NCBI GenBank assembly: GCA_964592195.1
Contig: CAZQEI010000007.1
Span: 5,082 to 69,081, forward strand
Direction: 5' to 3'
Source of the DNA: an uncultured Gammaproteobacteria bacterium
GTDB taxonomy: Bacteria > Patescibacteriota > Patescibacteriia > UBA11705
Length of the DNA: 64,000 bases
Shown: in pieces, positions 48,150 through 56,698 of the stretch
How positions within the stretch are numbered: position 1 is the first letter of the stretch
Layout of the letters: every line of letters begins with the position of its first letter
Made by a program: the position numbers and the translations under genes
The notes under the pieces: model-generated
What the model saw: only the letters and a program-made list of their open reading frames with translations
What the model was told of the DNA's origin: nothing
The model's database searches: none

Positions 48150-50978
48150 ATGAAACTATTTAGCAGTTTGAAAAACAAAATATCCTTCCTGATATCAGGC
48201 TTAATTTTAATTACCGGTTTGGCGGTGGTATTTTTAGTCTTCTTTTTGACCTCTAGTTTTTTCATTCAAGAAAAAAAGGCTGATTTTGTTGCTACTATTT
48301 CAGAGCAAGTGCATGAATCGTCTCGGGTTTTTGCCGAGGCACAGCGGACTGTTCAAGCGTTGAGTGCTCATGAGATGATAGTGAAATATTTTTCTGAAAA
48401 TATCCCAGCTTATCAGGATGCGGCAGTTTTGAACGAGCTAAATAGCATGAATATTGGTCTACAATATAGCGCAATATATTTGTTGAATTTGGATGGCCTG
48501 GCTTTGGTTTCCACTGATCCTCGTTTTGTCAATCAGGATTATGCTTTTCGAGAATATTTTCAAGTGGCTAAAGCTGGGAAACTGGGAGTTATGATGGCAG
48601 TAGGCGTGACCAGTAATGATCCAGGCTATTATTTTTCCGCTCCAGTTTTTAACCAAGATAAACAAGTGATTGGAATCGCAGTAATGAAATTAGATCCAAA
48701 AATTTTAAAGATTACTTTGGAACAAAGTGTTTTGTCGCGTTCGGGAAAATTAATGCTAGTAGATAAATCAGGCGTTATCTTATATTCAAATACTGAGGGT
48801 CGATTATTCAAAAGCTTGGGGGCCTTGTCTGCTCGAGAAATGGAAGTCATTATTACTGAACAAAGATTCTATAATATTGAAATATTACCTCTCCAATATG
48901 AATTAGTTCAAGAAAGGTTACGAAAACCAGTTAATAGTGTAGAATCATTTGAATTTTATGATTCAGAAGACGCTGAAAATGAGTTAATAGTTATCGCGCC
49001 TATTGAAAATGCTCCATTTTTCATAGTTTTGGAAGTAGATATGGATCAAGTCAATATGATTGCTTTTCAGATAGCTGGCTTGTTGGGGGTTTTTGTGCTA
49101 TTTTTGATAATCATTTCCGTAATAGCCAGTATTTTTGGTGTGGCTAGATTATTAAAACCTTTAATCTACTTGAAGAAGAACATTGAAGCTATTGGGCGGG
49201 GTGAAACTGTCAGTGTCAATCAAATTAAAACTAAAGATGAATTACAAACTATTGGTGAATCAGTAGTCTCAGCCTCAAAATTATTGCAGTCCAGTTATAA
49301 AGAGTTGGAAGATCGTGTAGCGGAAAGAACTGAAGCCTTGCAGGCATCTTTGAAGAAAGTTGATGTGACAAAGTCGGCTATTTTAAACGTATTGGATGAT
49401 GTGAATAAGGAACGGGATCGCACGAAACAGTTGGCTGATGATTTAGTTAAATTTAAACAAGCGGTGGAAAATGCCTCTGATCATATTGTGATTACCGACG
49501 CGAACGGTATCATACTGCATGCCAATCAAGCAGTAGAGAAAATTACCGGTTTCAAGATAAAAGATGTCTTGGGTAAAAAAGCTGGTAGTAAAGAGCTCTG
49601 GGGTGGTTATATGGATGAGGAATTTTATAAAAAGTTTTGGGATACTATAAAAAACAAGAAAAAAGTGTTTGTTGGAGAAATTACCAATAAACGTAAAAAT
49701 GGTGAAAAGTATCAAGCTGAAGCAGCGGTGTCTCCCATTTTAGATGATAATGGCGAGGTGAAGTTTTTCCTGGGTATTGAACGAGATATTAGTGAACGTA
49801 AAGATGCGGAAGAGCAGGTACGAAAGGTTTTGAATGATTTACAAGAGAAGAGTTATGTCTTAGCTCAGGAGAAGTCCAAAGACGAAGCTTTGTTAGCCGG
49901 TATCGGAGACGGTATCATCTCTACTGATCAAGATGGTGTCGTGAATATTATCAATCGTTCGGCTGTAGATATGCTTGGTTACTCAGAAAAAGATGTGATG
50001 GGTAAGTCCTTTATTGATACAGTAAAAATTGTTGATAGCAAGGATAATGAAATATCAATGACCGAACATCCATTGGTCTTGGCGTTATCAAACGTAGAAA
50101 AAACCACCACCCCGATTGGAAAGACTAATTATTTCAAGCGTCATGACGGTACTAAATTCGCCGCTGGTATCACCGCTTCTCCGTTTGTGTTGAATGGTAG
50201 AATTGTGGGCGTCATCTTAGTCTTCCGTGATGTTAGTCGTGAAAAAGAGGTTGATATGGCGAAGACTGAGTTTGTGTCTTTGGCCTCACATCAATTGCGC
50301 ACGCCGTTGTCCACTATCAATTGGTACGCAGAAATGCTTTTAGCTGGAGATGCTGGAAAAATTACTGGCGAACAAAAAGAGTATGTAAGTGAAATTTACA
50401 AGGGCAATCAGCGTATGGTGGAATTGGTGAATGCTTTGTTGAATGTCTCGAGAATCGAATTAGGCACTTTCTCGGTAGAGCCGGAAGATACAGATTTGAA
50501 AGAATTGGCGGAAAGCGTATTTGATGAATTGAAGCCTCAGTTATTAACCAAGAAAATGAAGGTGACTAAGAAGTACGATGAAAAATTAAAGCATTTATTT
50601 GTGGACAAGAAACTGATTCGTATCGTTTTCCAAAATTTGTTGACCAATGCTTTGAAATATACCCCAGAAAAGGGCAAAATTGATTTGAATATTCAAAAAC
50701 GCAAGAGTGATATCTTGGTAAGTGTGACTGATACTGGTGCTGGTATTCCCAAGAAGGATCAACAAAACATATTCCAAAAATTGTTCCGTTCTGACAATGT
50801 TAAAGCTCTCGATACCAATGGAACTGGGTTAGGTTTGTATATAGTTAGATCTATTGTTGAGCAATCTGCCAAGGGTAAAATTTGGTTTGAGTCTGAAGAG
50901 GGGAAAGGGACTACCTTCTATGTTTCTCTGCCTTTGACCGGTATGAAGGCCAAAGAGGGGACTAGAGCACTCACCTAA
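48150..50978 (+). CDS. sensor histidine kinase: TM, dCache-like extracytoplasmic domain, TM, coiled-coil/HAMP, two PAS domains, HisKA, HATPase_c
   Basis: H-box SHQLRTPLSTI, N-box, G-box GTGLGLYIVRSIV. PAS segments at about residues 430-660. Confidence 0.85.
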   Translation: MKLFSSLKNKISFLISGLILITGLAVVFLVFFLTSSFFIQEKKADFVATISEQVHESSRVFAEAQRTVQALSAHEMIVKYFSENIPAYQDAAVLNELNSMNIGLQYSAIYLLNLDGLALVSTDPRFVNQDYAFREYFQVAKAGKLGVMMAVGVTSNDPGYYFSAPVFNQDKQVIGIAVMKLDPKILKITLEQSVLSRSGKLMLVDKSGVILYSNTEGRLFKSLGALSAREMEVIITEQRFYNIEILPLQYELVQERLRKPVNSVESFEFYDSEDAENELIVIAPIENAPFFIVLEVDMDQVNMIAFQIAGLLGVFVLFLIIISVIASIFGVARLLKPLIYLKKNIEAIGRGETVSVNQIKTKDELQTIGESVVSASKLLQSSYKELEDRVAERTEALQASLKKVDVTKSAILNVLDDVNKERDRTKQLADDLVKFKQAVENASDHIVITDANGIILHANQAVEKITGFKIKDVLGKKAGSKELWGGYMDEEFYKKFWDTIKNKKKVFVGEITNKRKNGEKYQAEAAVSPILDDNGEVKFFLGIERDISERKDAEEQVRKVLNDLQEKSYVLAQEKSKDEALLAGIGDGIISTDQDGVVNIINRSAVDMLGYSEKDVMGKSFIDTVKIVDSKDNEISMTEHPLVLALSNVEKTTTPIGKTNYFKRHDGTKFAAGITASPFVLNGRIVGVILVFRDVSREKEVDMAKTEFVSLASHQLRTPLSTINWYAEMLLAGDAGKITGEQKEYVSEIYKGNQRMVELVNALLNVSRIELGTFSVEPEDTDLKELAESVFDELKPQLLTKKMKVTKKYDEKLKHLFVDKKLIRIVFQNLLTNALKYTPEKGKIDLNIQKRKSDILVSVTDTGAGIPKKDQQNIFQKLFRSDNVKALDTNGTGLGLYIVRSIVEQSAKGKIWFESEEGKGTTFYVSLPLTGMKAKEGTRALT

Positions 50979-51023
50979 TGTTAATAAGTTTTTATATAAA
51001 TATGCTACAATAATAATGGCTAA

Positions 51024-51407
51024 ATGCCGAAGTTTTGTAGTTTAATTAAAAAAAAATCCTTCTTCGCACGATCAAAAAAACATGAAAGAAAAGAGCCAGT
51101 GGATTTCGAGCCAGGGAATGATAGCGGTAAATATGCTGATGAAGCGATTGACAATTTGATCTTGGGAATTACTAGAAACGGAGGTGCAAAGAAAAATTTA
51201 ATTGCCAAGTTGGTCGGCGGAGCCGCCATGTTCCAAAAATTGATTAATACGGAAAATGGTATTGGTCATCAAAATATTGAAGCGGCGAGAGAACGATTGA
51301 CTGAATTAGGGATTAGAATTGATAAAGAAGATACTGGTGGTAATACGGGGAAATTGGTAGAATTTGATTTACGCAATGGACTGGTGACGGTTCAAACAAG
51401 TTTGTAA
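51024..51407 (+). CDS. CheD-like protein truncated to the C-terminal half (catalytic Cys/His region absent); possible remnant or pseudogene
   Basis: KYADEAIDNLI...AKLVGGAAMFQ...IGHQNIEAARERL...EDTGGNTGKLVEFDLRNGLVTV aligns with the CheD C-terminus. An in-frame stop lies immediately upstream of the ATG. Confidence 0.55.
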   Translation: MPKFCSLIKKKSFFARSKKHERKEPVDFEPGNDSGKYADEAIDNLILGITRNGGAKKNLIAKLVGGAAMFQKLINTENGIGHQNIEAARERLTELGIRIDKEDTGGNTGKLVEFDLRNGLVTVQTSL

Positions 51408-51503
51408 CATTACGAATATACGAATTTCTTAAGAATATTTTCGAATTATTGTTAAAGAGATAATTCGTAACAATTCGAAACTGATTCGTAAATTCGAAAT
51501 TCA
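51408..51503. repeat. ~90-bp TTACGAAT/ATTCGTAA imperfect palindrome
   Basis: acattacgaatatacgaatttc...ttttcgaatt...taattcgtaacaattcgaaactgattcgtaaattcgaa. Ends 3 nt before the CheY-like start. Confidence 0.6.
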
Positions 51504-51505
51504 AT

Positions 51506-51874
51506 ATGAAGAAAACAATTTTATTAGTCGAGGACGAAGAATCTTTGCGACACGCATTGAAAATTAAGTTAGTGAATGCTGGGTATGAAGTGATAGAGGC
51601 AGAGAACGGTAAGGTGGGGTTGGATATGGCTTTGAGACATCAGCCAGATTTAATTCTCCTCGATATTGTTATGCCGGTAATGGATGGGGTGACTATGTTG
51701 GAAAAATTGCGTGCCGATGATAAGGGTGCCAATTTAGATGTTATAATGTTAACTAACTTAAATGATACCGGTAAAGTGGAATCAGCTGAGAAATCGGATG
51801 TTTCAGATTATTTGATTAAAACTGATTGGACTTTGCAAGATTTATTAAAGTTAATTGAGAAAAAAATTGGTTAA
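51506..51874 (+). CDS. stand-alone response-regulator receiver (CheY-like)
   Basis: ILLVEDEESLRHAL...LLDIVMPVMDG...K. Confidence 0.85.
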   Translation: MKKTILLVEDEESLRHALKIKLVNAGYEVIEAENGKVGLDMALRHQPDLILLDIVMPVMDGVTMLEKLRADDKGANLDVIMLTNLNDTGKVESAEKSDVSDYLIKTDWTLQDLLKLIEKKIG

Positions 51875-51885
51875 AAGGGATAATA

Positions 51886-51916
51886 AAAAATAGCTCGTTT
51901 TCACGAGCTATTTTTG
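51886..51916. terminator. bidirectional rho-independent terminator
   Basis: TAGCTCGttttcACGAGCTA flanked by A-run and T-run, between convergent genes. Confidence 0.7.
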
Positions 51917-51923
51917 TTTTGAA

Positions 51924-52397
51924 TTATCTAGTAACTTCGATTTCATCAGCTTGTTCTGGGTTGCAGGCTCCAACAGTTAAGGCACCTGAAACATCTCTTT
52001 TAATATAGTAATCAGTAACAGTTGAGTCACCTGATGATGGATCGACTGGGACTTTGGGTAGATATTTTGCGTCAATCAAATCTTCTATGTCCGCACAACT
52101 GGGAGAAGTAGTGTGAGCCGTACATCCGATATCACCACCCACTGAGCAAGTGCCAATCATATAGTATGTGTCAACTAGTAAACTACCTATTGAGGTTGGG
52201 AAGTTACCATTGTTGTCAACTTGCCGATATTTAGCGGCATCGAGGACTGCTGTGACATCTGACCAGCGATTCGCATCGCGGGCTTGTTCAAACCGAGTGA
52301 GTGGGTCGAGCATGACGAAAATAATTATCGCCAAGATAGCGATGATCCCAATCACAATTAAAAGTTCAATTAAAGTGAACCCTTTTTTGTTTTTCAT
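51924..52397 (-). CDS. type IV pilin (prepilin class III), 157 aa, copy 1
   Basis: MKNKKG|FTLIELLIVIGIIAILA. Four Cys in the C-terminal half. Confidence 0.8.
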   Translation of the reverse strand: MKNKKGFTLIELLIVIGIIAILAIIIFVMLDPLTRFEQARDANRWSDVTAVLDAAKYRQVDNNGNFPTSIGSLLVDTYYMIGTCSVGGDIGCTAHTTSPSCADIEDLIDAKYLPKVPVDPSSGDSTVTDYYIKRDVSGALTVGACNPEQADEIEVTR

Positions 52398-52532
52398 AGT
52401 AAGTAATTATATTAATGATCGTTATGTAAATATTATACCAGATTTTTGTGAATGAGTATACTGGGGTGTTTATAAATTCGTAAATCGCCTGCCCCGCATC
52501 GCGGGGTAAAGCGTTATTTGTAAATGAAATAT

Positions 52533-52566
52533 AAAAAACACTCGCTTCTTTCGAAACGAGTGTTTG
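52533..52566 (-). terminator. rho-independent terminator for pilin copy 2
   Basis: ACACTCGcttctttcgaaaCGAGTGT flanked by A/T runs. Confidence 0.6.
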
Positions 52567-52573
52567 ATTGATA

Positions 52574-53047
52574 TTAACGACTAACAGTGATGGCCGCGCC
52601 ACCTTCAGGATCGCACGCACCGACGGTTAAAACACCGGTGGAGGCTCTCATGATGTAGTAATCGGTTTCAACAGCAGTGCCGGTCGAGGGATCTAGTGGT
52701 ACTGCGGATAAATGGCCGGAGGTAACTAGACCGGTCAAATTCGCACATGCGGCTTGGGTGGTTTGAGCAGTACAACCAGAATCACCACCGGTGGCACAAG
52801 TGCCGATAGTGTAATAATTACCGGCAGTTAATCCGCTTATGGTGGCAATATATGAACCGCCATTGTCAACTTGGTTGAGTTTAGCGGCATCTAGTACTGC
52901 TCCGATATCAGCCCAACGCGTTGCGTCTCGAGCATCTTGGAAGCGGGATAACGGATCGAGCGCTACGAATACGATAACTGCCAAAATAGCAATAATCGCA
53001 ATTACGATGAGCAATTCGATCAAGGTAAAACCTTTTTGTTTTCTCAT
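52574..53047 (-). CDS. type IV pilin, 157 aa, copy 2
   Basis: MRKQKG|FTLIELLIVIAIIAILA. Near-identical to copy 3. Confidence 0.8.
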   Translation of the reverse strand: MRKQKGFTLIELLIVIAIIAILAVIVFVALDPLSRFQDARDATRWADIGAVLDAAKLNQVDNGGSYIATISGLTAGNYYTIGTCATGGDSGCTAQTTQAACANLTGLVTSGHLSAVPLDPSTGTAVETDYYIMRASTGVLTVGACDPEGGAAITVSR

Positions 53048-53130
53048 AGTTATTTTATTTATTAATGATCAAGTATATTATACCATATCCTAAGAGAGTA
53101 GCATATGTAGGTGTGAATAATGATGAATAT

Positions 53131-53167
53131 AAAAAACACTCGCCTATTGCTAAGAGAGTGTTTTGTG
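53131..53167 (-). terminator. rho-independent terminator for pilin copy 3
   Basis: ACACTCgcctattgctaagaGAGTGT flanked by A/T runs. Confidence 0.6.
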
Positions 53168-53172
53168 TCTTT

Positions 53173-53646
53173 TTAACGGCTAACAGTAATGGCTGCGCCA
53201 CCTTCAGGATCGCACGCACCGACGGTTAAAACGCCTGTAGATGCTCTCATGACATAATAATCGGTTTTAGAGGCTGTACCGGTGGAAGGATCCAATGGCA
53301 CGGCTGACAAATGTCCAGAAGTGACCAAACCGGTCAAGTCTGCGCAAGCGGCAACAGTAGTTTGAGCTGTACAGCCTGTATTTCCACCAGTTACACAAGT
53401 GCCAACGGTGTAATAAGTACCGGCAGTTAATCCGCTTATAGCGGCAATGTAGGAACCACCATTATCAACTTGGTTGAGTTTAGCGGCATCTAATACTGCT
53501 CCGATATCAGCCCAACGCGTTGCGTCTCGAGCATCTTGGAAACGAGATAAGGGATCGAGTGCCACGAACACGATGACCGCCAAGATAGCGATGATCGCAA
53601 TCACGATGAGCAACTCAATCAATGTAAAGCCTTTTTGTTTTCTCAT
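53173..53646 (-). CDS. type IV pilin, 157 aa, copy 3
   Basis: Identical N-terminal 80 aa to copy 2. Substitutions cluster in the C-terminal half (AAISGLTAGTYYTVGTCVTGGNTG vs ATISGLTAGNYYTIGTCATGGDSG). Confidence 0.8.
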   Translation of the reverse strand: MRKQKGFTLIELLIVIAIIAILAVIVFVALDPLSRFQDARDATRWADIGAVLDAAKLNQVDNGGSYIAAISGLTAGTYYTVGTCVTGGNTGCTAQTTVAACADLTGLVTSGHLSAVPLDPSTGTASKTDYYVMRASTGVLTVGACDPEGGAAITVSR

Positions 53647-53864
53647 ATGTTATTTATTTGTTATTTGTTTGTTAAATATCAAAATAAGTGTTTGTTTAAC
53701 TGATAAAATTATAGCATTATTGTGTTTAACCAGCAATTTGAGGTGTTGATAAGGGTTAGGGATGAGGTATGAGCGTTAAGCGGTTAGCGATTAGCGACTA
53801 ATAACTATAATCTATAATTTTTAATCGTTTCACGTATACCGCTTTACGTTTATCGAATACCGAA

Positions 53865-54614
53865 TTACGCATTTTTTCCAACTTCCCAAAAATAATCAAA
53901 TACACTTTCCCAACTCTTAATAATTTCTGGATGAGAAATGGCCGTTATAAATGGTGGATGACCGGAGAAGAATACTATTTTATCTGGTAATACCCAGAAA
54001 GATGAAGTGAACTCAACCCCCTTAGGCAAGAATCTAACTTCAATCGGTTGGCGTTTTATTTTGTTCGGATTGATTTCACGTTCAGTGTCAACGCTGATTA
54101 AAGTTCGAGTTTGCAAGTTATTTTTTGTTTTTTGATCCAGTAAAATAAACTCGGTGTCATCAGAAAGTATTTTTGTGTAATCGCCACGGTGGGGTGAATC
54201 AAAAGTTTTAATGACTGTTCCGCGGGGGAGTGATGATATGGTGTTTTTTATGAAATTTTTAATACTTTCTTTTGTGTCATAAACTTGGGCGGTGGGAAAA
54301 GCATTTTCGTGTCGGTAAAGATCTCTTAACTGATCCTTCAAGCTTGTTGCCAGTTGGGCTTGGCTAAGAAAATGTCCCTCAAGTGCTTGCGGACTTTCCA
54401 CCCAATAATATTTTGCACCGCGGTGAGTATTACAAGACACAAAACCGCGTTCAGTTAACAAATTTAAAATGCTGATCACAGTGGTTCGCGGTAAGTTAAC
54501 TTTTTTGGCTACGCGAGAAGCTACAGCTTCGCCGAGTAAAGTTAAGCCGAGATAGACTTTAATTTCGTTGGTTTTGAAACCAAGTTCTTTGAGCGTGGAT
54601 TGGATTTGATTCAT
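53865..54614 (-). CDS. TrmB-family-like HTH transcriptional regulator
   Basis: N-terminus LKELGFKTNEIKVYLGLTLLGEAVASRVAKKVNLPRTTVISILNLLTERGFV resembles a TrmB wHTH. C-terminal domain is unassigned. Confidence 0.5.
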   Translation of the reverse strand: MNQIQSTLKELGFKTNEIKVYLGLTLLGEAVASRVAKKVNLPRTTVISILNLLTERGFVSCNTHRGAKYYWVESPQALEGHFLSQAQLATSLKDQLRDLYRHENAFPTAQVYDTKESIKNFIKNTISSLPRGTVIKTFDSPHRGDYTKILSDDTEFILLDQKTKNNLQTRTLISVDTEREINPNKIKRQPIEVRFLPKGVEFTSSFWVLPDKIVFFSGHPPFITAISHPEIIKSWESVFDYFWEVGKNA

Positions 54615-54619
54615 AGCAT

Positions 54620-54716
54620 TTCGAATTTGCGAATCAGTTACGAATATTTACGAATTATTTCCATAGCCAATAATTCGAACACATTCGAACAAAATTCGTA
54701 CATTCGTAGTTAATTA
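54620..54716. repeat. ~95-bp TTACGAAT/ATTCGTAA imperfect palindrome directly upstream of the TrmB-like gene
   Basis: tcgaatttgcgaatcagttacgaatatttacgaatt...taattcgaacacattcgaacaaaattcgtacattcgtag. Confidence 0.6.
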
Positions 54717-54933
54717 CGATTGCTGTCGAAATAGTTCGACAATATTACCTATAAATTTTAGCTTAAATTAAACAATTATGCAAGTGTGCGTTTTTAGTAT
54801 GGCTAAAGTTACAGAAAAATTAGTTGTTTAGCGATATGATGTTAATGATCAATGATCCTTGATCAATGGTCCACCCCGCTCTTCGCGAGTGGCGGGGTCA
54901 ATGTTCATTACAACTTAACAAGGGGAGACCATT

Positions 54934-55227
54934 ATGGCCCTTACTCGCAAGAACTTTCAAAAGAAAAGAAAGTTATTGGAAGAAAAATTTAAAACTCTTG
55001 AAAATCAGAAGGTTCAATTGCAGTTGGAATGGGAAGAGTTAATGGAAAAAGGGCAGAAGTTTGTTTATGACGAGGAAAGAAAAGAACAGAACGAAAGACG
55101 AATGACTGCGTTAGAAAAGTTCATTGACACTGGCAGGTATGAACAGTCTGCGTCGGTAACGGAAAGATTTTTAAGCTCTCTTCACCCAACAAAGCTGGGA
55201 GGTAAAAATGTTAAAGGATCTTATTGA
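54934..55227 (+). CDS. small coiled-coil protein (97 aa)
   Basis: GGGGAG RBS. Heptad-rich, KKRKLLEEKFKTLENQKVQLQLEWEEL. Confidence 0.45.
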   Translation: MALTRKNFQKKRKLLEEKFKTLENQKVQLQLEWEELMEKGQKFVYDEERKEQNERRMTALEKFIDTGRYEQSASVTERFLSSLHPTKLGGKNVKGSY

Positions 55228-55600
55228 AGTAAAACAAAAGAAATACAAAGAAAAAATTGATGAAATTGATAAGAAAATACAATCTTTAGAACAAAAGAGA
55301 AAGTTATTGGAAGAAAAGTATAAGAAGAGTTTTTGGAAGGTCATTGATAAGCTAAAGGAGTGTTGTTTGGGTGTGGTAGAGCCAAAAGAGTCTTCTGCTA
55401 ATAAGAGTTGTCCAATGTATTGTCCATTCTTGGAAGTAATTACTGAGTATCGTAGTGATGATGATGTTTGGATCGATTCCATTAACTCTTCATCATGGGA
55501 AGAAATTATCGGGCATAAATGTCATTTTCCTAAACGTTATGCTGATGTGAAACGAGAACTCGAAGCAAAATATAAACGTACAAATCGCTTCGGCGATTGA
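55208..55600 (+). CDS. small protein: coiled-coil N-terminus paralogous to the previous ORF plus Cys/His-rich C-terminal domain
   Basis: QKRKLLEEKYKK...CCLG...CPMYCP...HKCH. Overlaps the upstream gene by 20 nt. Confidence 0.45.
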   Translation: MLKDLIEVKQKKYKEKIDEIDKKIQSLEQKRKLLEEKYKKSFWKVIDKLKECCLGVVEPKESSANKSCPMYCPFLEVITEYRSDDDVWIDSINSSSWEEIIGHKCHFPKRYADVKRELEAKYKRTNRFGD

Positions 55601-55605
55601 TTCTT

Positions 55606-55651
55606 TTGATCAATGTTCTCAGCCGGAGGCTGATCCGTCCTTCGGCGGAAA
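55606..55651. repeat. 46-bp element, copy 2 (inverted) of the pair with 36888-36933
   Basis: ttgatcaatgttctcagccggaggctgatccgtccttcggcggaaa. Confidence 0.7.
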
Positions 55652-55670
55652 TGACCAACAGGAGGCTCCC

Positions 55671-56696
55671 ATGAACGCCAAGGTGATCTTCCCCGGTACG
55701 TTCTGTCCGCCGACCTATGGGCACGTCGAGATCGTGAAGCGCGCGGCTGAACTTTTTCCCGAGCTGATCGTGCTGTGCTCGGTCAATCCGGAGAAGAATC
55801 ACAATTGGTTCACTCCGGACGAGTGCGTCGACCTGTGGGCGGCCTATGAACTACCCGTGGGTGTGACGGTTACGACTCTGGAAAAGTTCTTGGTCAATGA
55901 TTGGCACGGTGAAAAGCTGATCATGGTTCGCGGTGTGCGTGATGATAAAGATTTTGAACATGAGAAGTCGGTCATCAAGAGCAACTTTGAAGCGTTTGGT
56001 GTTTCGGATTACTATTTCATCCTGACTGGTAGTGAGTTTACCAATATTTCTTCGTCGCGCGCTAGAGCTTTGGCTGAGGAATTTGACATTGAACACTTGC
56101 CTGAAGTTGTGGCTCCACTGATTGTGACTAAACTGTTGGAAAAAGTAATGGAAGCCAAGAACGTGATCATGGTAGTTGGTCGTCCGGGATGTGGCAAAAC
56201 GACATTTTTGAAAGAGTTGGCGAAAGATTCGAATAATCATGTTATCTTCACCGACGACTTCAATCATCATTTGGCAAAAATTATCAGAGAACATTATCCG
56301 CATGAAAGTTTGTTTGATGCCGGAATGAATCATGAGTTTGAAGTTCAGCGTTTGCTGGCTCCTCATTGGTTCTTCTTGCTGAAGATGTATCTCAAGACCG
56401 CTCCCAAGGGGAAGAACATTTTTATTGAAATCGCCTACGGTTTGTCGCCTCGTTATAGCTTGTTCCGTTATGTTGGTGGTAAGATTTTGCGAGTTTATTG
56501 CTCGGAAAAGATTGAATTGGAAAGATTAGATGCGCGTGGTACGCCAGAACATAGGCGTTTCCTTGAGCGTCTGCCGTCTGAAAATGAAGTTTATGAGATT
56601 GTGAAGGCTAATCACTTGAAAATGAATGAAATTGAGAATAATGGTGATCTCGATTCTTTGGTCTCAAAGGCGCGTGAATTCAAATGGAGGGAATGA
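55671..56696 (+). CDS. two-domain protein: N-terminal phosphopantetheine adenylyltransferase (CoaD/PPAT)-like nucleotidyltransferase fused to a C-terminal P-loop kinase (dephospho-CoA-kinase-like by inference)
   Basis: N-domain IFPGTFCPPTYGHVEIV (T/HxGH), VRGVRDDKDFEHE (PPAT RGxR), ISSSRARAL. C-domain Walker A VVGRPGCGKTT. The first ~230 nt are markedly GC-rich, unlike the rest of the window. Confidence 0.65.
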   Translation: MNAKVIFPGTFCPPTYGHVEIVKRAAELFPELIVLCSVNPEKNHNWFTPDECVDLWAAYELPVGVTVTTLEKFLVNDWHGEKLIMVRGVRDDKDFEHEKSVIKSNFEAFGVSDYYFILTGSEFTNISSSRARALAEEFDIEHLPEVVAPLIVTKLLEKVMEAKNVIMVVGRPGCGKTTFLKELAKDSNNHVIFTDDFNHHLAKIIREHYPHESLFDAGMNHEFEVQRLLAPHWFFLLKMYLKTAPKGKNIFIEIAYGLSPRYSLFRYVGGKILRVYCSEKIELERLDARGTPEHRRFLERLPSENEVYEIVKANHLKMNEIENNGDLDSLVSKAREFKWRE

Positions 56697-56698
56697 TC

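Noticed and set aside
51024-51407. Calling this ORF a full CheD deamidase
   Set aside because: Only the C-terminal half is present and the catalytic segment is absent, so it is annotated as a truncated CheD-like protein.
52168-53749. Plus-strand ORFs 52168-52455, 52839-53093, 53474-53749
   Set aside because: They are antisense shadows of the three pilin genes.
55530-55802. 90-aa minus-strand ORF
   Set aside because: It is antisense to the GC-rich 5' end of the PPAT-kinase gene, and high GC generates long spurious frames.
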